Under the pieces are notes generated by a model. It saw only the letters and a list, made by a program, of their open reading frames with translations. It made no database searches and had not been told where the DNA came from. From positions 1 to 39,510 of the forward strand of contig UYFQ01000488.1 in the NCBI GenBank assembly GCA_900617105.1: DNA of 39,510 nucleotides, given 5' to 3'. This DNA comes from Hydrurus foetidus (lineage: Eukaryota). A program made the translations under genes and the position numbers. Below, one piece after another: positions 33,759 through 39,510 of this stretch; the first letter of the stretch is position 1; the number at the start of each line of letters is the position of its first letter.

Positions 33759-36700
33759 ATGGAAGACGACGGTCTACATCCTGAGCCTGAGCCAAATGAG
33801 CCAGACAACGAGCATGAGGTTGATGAGGAAGGAAACATCCTTAACATCTCACAAAGCTCACAATCGTCAAGCATGGGGTTTCCCCAGACGCTTCAGATCC
33901 AGCGTGAGATATTCATCCTACGGGGAGATTATATTACTCCGCAGGATGCTGAAGAATTCTATGAGCAAGCACAACGCTTGCCTCACTTGCATATTAAACA
34001 ATGCATGCAACGTCAAGCAATCGATTTGCTTCATGTTAAAATCTTAACTGATCAGTCGACACTGGCAGTTATTACCAACGAGCAACGCCTTAATTGGCAA
34101 AACCTCCTTCCGATAGAGAGTGTTGGCAAGTTGGTAATGCAATACTTTTGCAAGAACAAACAAGGGGATCATACCTTAGCAGAACTGTTTGCTAAGGTCC
34201 CTTTCCACTATTCTCTTTCCTCCGATGAGGAAGAGTTAGTAACGTACATGGCGTACAAAGAGATCGCCACGGATCACGAACGTGTCCGTCATATCACCGC
34301 ATCTCAGCATGCCGAGTTGATAGCGATTCTTGAGAAACGACTCCCTCGAGGGAGCCGAATCTTGGGTGATTACGTCGCTCACAAAGCACGTGACAATGAG
34401 TCCCCAAGACGTGGGAAGTCGCCATGTTGCGCATTATCGCGGTCGTCACGGCGGCTCGCGACGCAATTCACATGAGCAGGAGTTATGGCAACCCTGACAT
34501 TGTCTACTCGTTTCCGAGTACAGCAGTCCCTCCTCCCCGCTCTACTAAAAAGCGGGCGAGCACACTGGCTATACGTGATGTAGATATCCCAAGTGGGAGT
34601 AGCAACCTAGCGGTACGTTCGACACTTGACGAACCGTTAGTGTCCGCTGCCCGGGTTTGTCGCTCATGCGGAAACCCTGCACATATTCTAGCAGATTGTA
34701 CAGTCATGTATTATTCCGATACCAACAACGATCACGGCTGTAACTGGTCTGATTCGTTTGTGGGTAAGGCATGGCTGGCACAAGGTGAAGTTATGTGGCA
34801 GGAAAGACTCATCCTACCTGGGTTCGAAACCAGGGAGAGATTCCACCCTGCAGGGGCACCCCCTTACTTGATGTGCAATAACAAGAAGCACAAGGGTAAC
34901 CAGGGTGGAGGTAAAGGGTTCAACCCAAATCAGGGGAACCAAAACCAAGGTTCGGGAAACCGCGGGAATCAAAACCAAGGTAACCAGAACCACGGTTCCG
35001 GAAACCAAAACAACCAAGGTTACGGTAACCAAAACAACCAAAACCGCAACCAAGGAAACCCCAGTTCGGCGGGTAACCAAGGTGGTGGCAGAGGGTATCA
35101 AGGTAAAAACCCTCGAGGGGGTCGATACAACCCGCCCCAAGGGGATAACAACGCGAGCAACGGCTCCGCAAACCAACAAGGTACATATGATCCTGATGTT
35201 GATTCATCTGATGTCACTGACATAGAACATTCAGTATCATGCATTACTGCATCTACCATTTCAGCAATTATTCCCGATGAATTTTTGCATGATCCATCAA
35301 TTCTACCTTCTGACCATCTCAACGTAACGGTTTTGATACAGGATAAGGATAAGGAGCGCCAATCTAGCGTACGACGCGTTGTGGGCAAGGCCGTACTCGA
35401 TACCGCCAATTACTCCGAGGATTTTATTTCTTTCACAATGATTGATAAGTTGAATGCTAAACATGACTGTTATACAGCTTCTAAACCCATTACTGTTTGC
35501 TCTGGTCTCGATGGCCAGTGCTATATAAATAACGAAATGATTGATTTAATTCTTAAATTTCATTCTTATGACGGCGAATGTCATACCATCCCTTTAACGA
35601 TGCGGGTTAATAGGAACACAGACATTGAACTTTTACTAAGTCGAAAAACTGTAAATAAATATGATTTTATGTCATTAACACCTTTCGCTTTTGGTATTTC
35701 TCCCGAGCTTAGTGCCGAGAACAAAAGAAAGCGTGATGCTCGTTGGCTCGAGTTTGAAGAAAGGGAAGCGATAGCCAAGCTTGACCCGCTTCACTGGCAC
35801 AAGTACACCAGACGTGTGATATCTGAGGGTTTTATACCCGAAGAACCGGAAGTGGAGTCGATTACACCTACATACGATATGTTAAAGGGTATCACCAAAG
35901 CAAGACTTTCGGATCGGAAAGAACCATACGGTCTCTGCCCAATGCCAACACCTAAGAAGGCCATTCTGCACGCACCTCTAACCAAGGAAGTCGTAGGGTC
36001 AGATTGTCATACAACGTTCACGTGTAACGTTACCCAGGATGGTACCAAGGGAGTCATGACCCAAAGTCCATGTGGTGATGTGGGTTGTCAGCGACTGGAC
36101 AGTGTCTCGACTGTACTCGCGAAACGTACGGGTGATACCCCGCACCTAGATGGTGACTCGATTCCCATCCTCACACATACCTCTGGGGACACTGTTACAT
36201 CAGACTATGACGCGGAAGCCATATGGCCAAGCGGTGTCGCACTCTCCGTTGACGAGATTGACGATGATAAAACTGATACCTTCGCACCTTTCTTGCGTGA
36301 CAAGACGTGCCGGAATGTACCGCCCAACGGGCCGGATGATTTCTTGTCTCAGATTCATTTTGAAGGAGATGAAAGCCTTCAAAAGGATCTCCGTACTCTC
36401 TGTTCTGAATTCGCTGATATATTCAGTGATAAGCTAGCTCCGCAAGCTGCTGACCTCAAGCCGTTTGAGATAAACCTGCCACGGCAGAAATGGGAGGTTC
36501 CATCGAACCACGCACCAGTGCGACCCCAATCCTCTAAAAAGGAACATTATCTCCGCACTTCTATCGAAGAGATGTTGGAAGATGGTGTGATCGAGAGGTC
36601 GAACGCTGCATACTACAGTCATCCTGTAATGGTAAATAAGACAGCCGATACATATCGAACCTGCATCGATTATCGCGCACTCAATGAATGCATTGAGCCG

Positions 36701-39173
36701 GCCTCCTTTCCACTACCAAATATCAAACACCTCTTTGAGAGGATCGGTAATCGAAAACCGGATATTTATGGGGTGATGGATTTAACCGCGGGTTACCATC
36801 AAGCTCCCTTATATACACCCCACCGAATCTATACGGCATTTATATGTTTCATGGGGGTGTTTCAATTCACAAGATTGCCTTTTGGCCCTTGTCGTGCCCC
36901 CTCTTACTTTCAAGAGCAGATGGTGACAACGGTCCTTCACGGTCTTATATACAGCTGTTGCGAGATGTATCTCGACGATTGCATTGTATATGGCCGGGGC
37001 GAAGCAGAGTTTCTTTTGAACTTGAGGAAAGTCTTTGAGAGATTTAGACTTAAAAATCTTAAACTCAAAGCAAAGAAATGCCGATTCGGTCTTAAACGTA
37101 TCGAATACGTCGGACGAGTCATCGACAAAGATGGTTTATCCATGTCGAAAGAAAAGATTGAGACAGTTCTCAACTTTCCACTTCCAAAAGAAGTTACGGC
37201 ATTACGGGGATTCCTTGGCTTAGCCAATTATTTCCGTCAATTCGTTCCTTTTCACTCAGAAATGGTAAAACCACTTCACATGATGGTGGACCCAAAGGCG
37301 GTTAAACGCTCTCCAATTTTTGGACCCTCGAGGGGACAAACGCATTCAATGAGACAAAGATCGCTGTATCTCGTTGTCCATTGATGTATTTCATCGATGA
37401 AACTTCACCCATCAGATTATATACTGATGCATCTGATTATGGAATCGGTGGTGTATTATTCCAAGTCATTAATGACGAATGGAAACCAATCGCTTTTATT
37501 AGCAAATCTCTATCTGCAACTCAGATTAATTGGTCAACAATACAAAAGGAGGCTTACGCTATCTTTTATTGCTGCCAACAATTGGATTACCTTATCCGAG
37601 ATCGGAAATTCACTATTCATACTGATCATATGAATTTGACATATATGAAACAAAACCCTACTTCGATGGTAGCACGGTGGTTCATTGCAATGCAAGAACT
37701 CGATTTCACCGTTCATTTTGTTAAAGGATCTGATAACGAACTAGCCGATGCGCTGTCACGTTTATGTCCAAATCTTACTGAGATTGCTCTACCATTGACA
37801 ATTATCAGAGATGGTTGTTCATCATCATCTTCATCTTCTTCCACAAGTGTGGCGGCTTTAACGGTTATCGAACCGGCCACAGATGAACAAATACTTCATA
37901 TTCAAATGTGCCACAATGCAATTGTTGGTCACAACGGTGTCGACCGAACCCTCACTCGACTTTACAGTCTAAACCAAGTGTGGAAAAATATGAAACAGCA
38001 CGTACGTTCATACATACGAAACTGTCCTTGTTGTCAAAAACTAAGTGCGGTTGATGCGAAAATCAATGCAGCCCATTTTTCAACTTCTACTCACGCAATT
38101 TTCGATACGTTGAATATTGACTTTGTGGGTCCTTTTCCCGATAAGGGGTATATTCTCGTCATAATTGACACCTTCTCCAGATGGACAGAAATGTTCTGGT
38201 GTAAGGACGCTACTGCCGAATCTGCAGCGGAGAATTTATTAACACATTTTGGTCGATTCGGTTCGCCAAACATGATAAGATCGGATCGTGGATCCCATTT
38301 CGCTAATGATCTCATAAAAGAGTTCTTAGATCTTACGGGTACGCCCCATAACCTCACTCTAGCTTACTCCTCTCAAGAGAATGCGATTGTTGAACGAGTC
38401 AATAAAGAGATAAATAGACATTTGAAAGGACTGGTGTTCGATACACCGTCTCTTGTCCATTATGCAAAATGCATTCCGTTCGTACAACGAATTATAAATA
38501 GTTCAGTTAATAAACGTACGGGTGCAAGTCCAGCATCTATCCTATTTGCGGATAAACTTGATTTGAATCGAGGAATTTTAACACCTCATTTGTTACCGAT
38601 GGTATCATCTTCAAATTCAACATATATTGCTGATTTAATCGAGATACAGGACAAAGTCCTCGATGCAGCAATCGACTCACTTCAAAAATGTGATGAAAAA
38701 CACAAAAAGTCGACATCCGGTTTGACAGTGTTTCCTATAGGGTCGTATGTCTTGGTAAAACAAGAACACCCTCCAACTCGACTACACACTAAATGGAAAG
38801 GCCCTTTCCGTGTTGTATCCTTTGATGGATCCGAGTATGTTCTCGCGAACTTAATTACACATAAACACAATAGTGTACATGTAACGAATCTTAAAATATT
38901 CAATTATGACCCTTCGATGGGCTTACCTGCTGATACAGCACGTCGCGATTACATGGAGTATTTCGTTGAGAAAGTTCTTAATCACTCAGGTGATAAAAGA
39001 AACCGACTACGATGTCGTTCCATGTGAAATGGCTCAACTATGATGACTCACATAATACATGGGAGCCTTGGAAGAATCTCCGGCTCTGTGATGCACTCCA
39101 TGTATACCTGAGGAACAATAACATGTCGCGTTTTGTTCCCAGGAATATTGAGGGATCAACCACCGAGGTTTGA
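33759..39173 (+). CDS. gag-pol: Gypsy-2 gag-pol polyprotein (gag, CCHC, PR, RT, RH, IN, chromodomain); about 1805 aa if three single-base homopolymer losses are repaired
   Basis: CRSCGNPAHILADC; VLDTA; YLDD; TDASDYG; RSDRGSHF, NAIVER; WKGPF; FHVKWLNYDDSHNTWEPWKNL read in the shifted frame after about 38997. Breaks lie near 34403, 37319 and 38997. Confidence 0.9.
34890..35180 (+). repeat. Asn/Gln/Gly-rich coding repeat (GNQNQG) at the Gag C-terminus
   Basis: Direct translation. Confidence 0.85.
35181..35341 (+). other. Candidate 161-nt intron at the gag/protease junction of Gypsy-2
   Basis: AAG|GTACAT phase-1 donor; CTGAC with A at 35313; TTTTGATACAG|GA TAA. Confidence 0.55.
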
Positions 39174-39185
39174 GCTCAAACGTAA

Positions 39186-39263
39186 TATCTTTTGAAGATT
39201 TTTTGGCCTAATTTTGCCCTCAGAGGGATTTTTATGGTTTTAGTCAGTAAAAATCTGACATAA
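39186..39263 (+). other. Conserved structured 3'-UTR element of Gypsy-2
   Basis: Blocks TATCTTTTGAAGATT and TTTAGTCAGTAAAAATCTGACATAA are identical to Gypsy-1; central CCCTC/GAGGG hairpin. Confidence 0.75.
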
Positions 39264-39510
39264 TTACGTTTGACCCTCGTACAACAGAACGATTCTGTTT
39301 TGTACATGCTCCCTTATCCTTATCTTTCTCACAAATTCCGAAACCCCTTCAAAATTTCTTTTGTATATACTTTCACATTTGAAATTAATGTACATATTTT
39401 TGATTTTCGTTTTTTTTCGTTACCGTTTATGTTAAATATTGTTATTTTCAAACAAAGAAACGGGGGTTTCGCCATAGTTTAGTGTAGTTTAGATTTTCTT
39501 TGAGAAAGAA

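Larger units (their letters stand above)
33005..39510 (+). mobile_element. Ty3/Gypsy chromovirus-type LTR retrotransposon (Gypsy-2); 3' LTR beyond the window
   Basis: Same domain order as Gypsy-1 with clear protein homology; LTR-like leader similar to the Gypsy-1 LTR. Confidence 0.95.

Noticed and set aside
34395..34430. Programmed frameshift conserved in gag of both chromoviruses
   Set aside because: The breaks (about 34403 and 5132) are roughly a dozen codons apart in the alignment, lack slippery heptamers, and sit in short homopolymers.

Overview
Eukaryotic genomic DNA: it has spliceosomal GT-AG introns, TTAGGG seeds and LTR retrotransposons. The repertoire looks stramenopile-like, but that assignment is inference only. 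Left block (1-15.9 kb): a chromodomain Ty3/Gypsy element (Gypsy-1, minus strand, LTRs differing at 1 of 184 comparable nt) sits inside a decayed Ty1/Copia (Copia-1), followed by a second, truncated Copia (Copia-2). 16.1-19.7 kb: a Mutator-like element and a 1.1-kb TIR element, both with TSDs, possibly inside an older small TIR element. 20.6-30.0 kb: three minus-strand host loci, namely a disrupted GT90/CAP10-like glycosyltransferase fragment, a double NHL-repeat gene, and an intact 3-exon UBL-WLM-PUB (Wss1-like) protease. 30.2 kb to the end: a Copia RT/RNase H half (Copia-3) interrupted by a second chromovirus (Gypsy-2, plus strand, near intact). The most interesting signal is that the two diverged chromoviruses share three cis-features. 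(1) A 12-bp palindrome of different sequence replaces the tRNA primer-binding site. (2) A candidate intron at the gag/protease junction would yield Gag-Gly-STOP when spliced. (3) An ~80-nt multi-hairpin 3'-UTR element contains identical 15- and 25-nt blocks. All alignments and folds were done by eye; no database searches were run.
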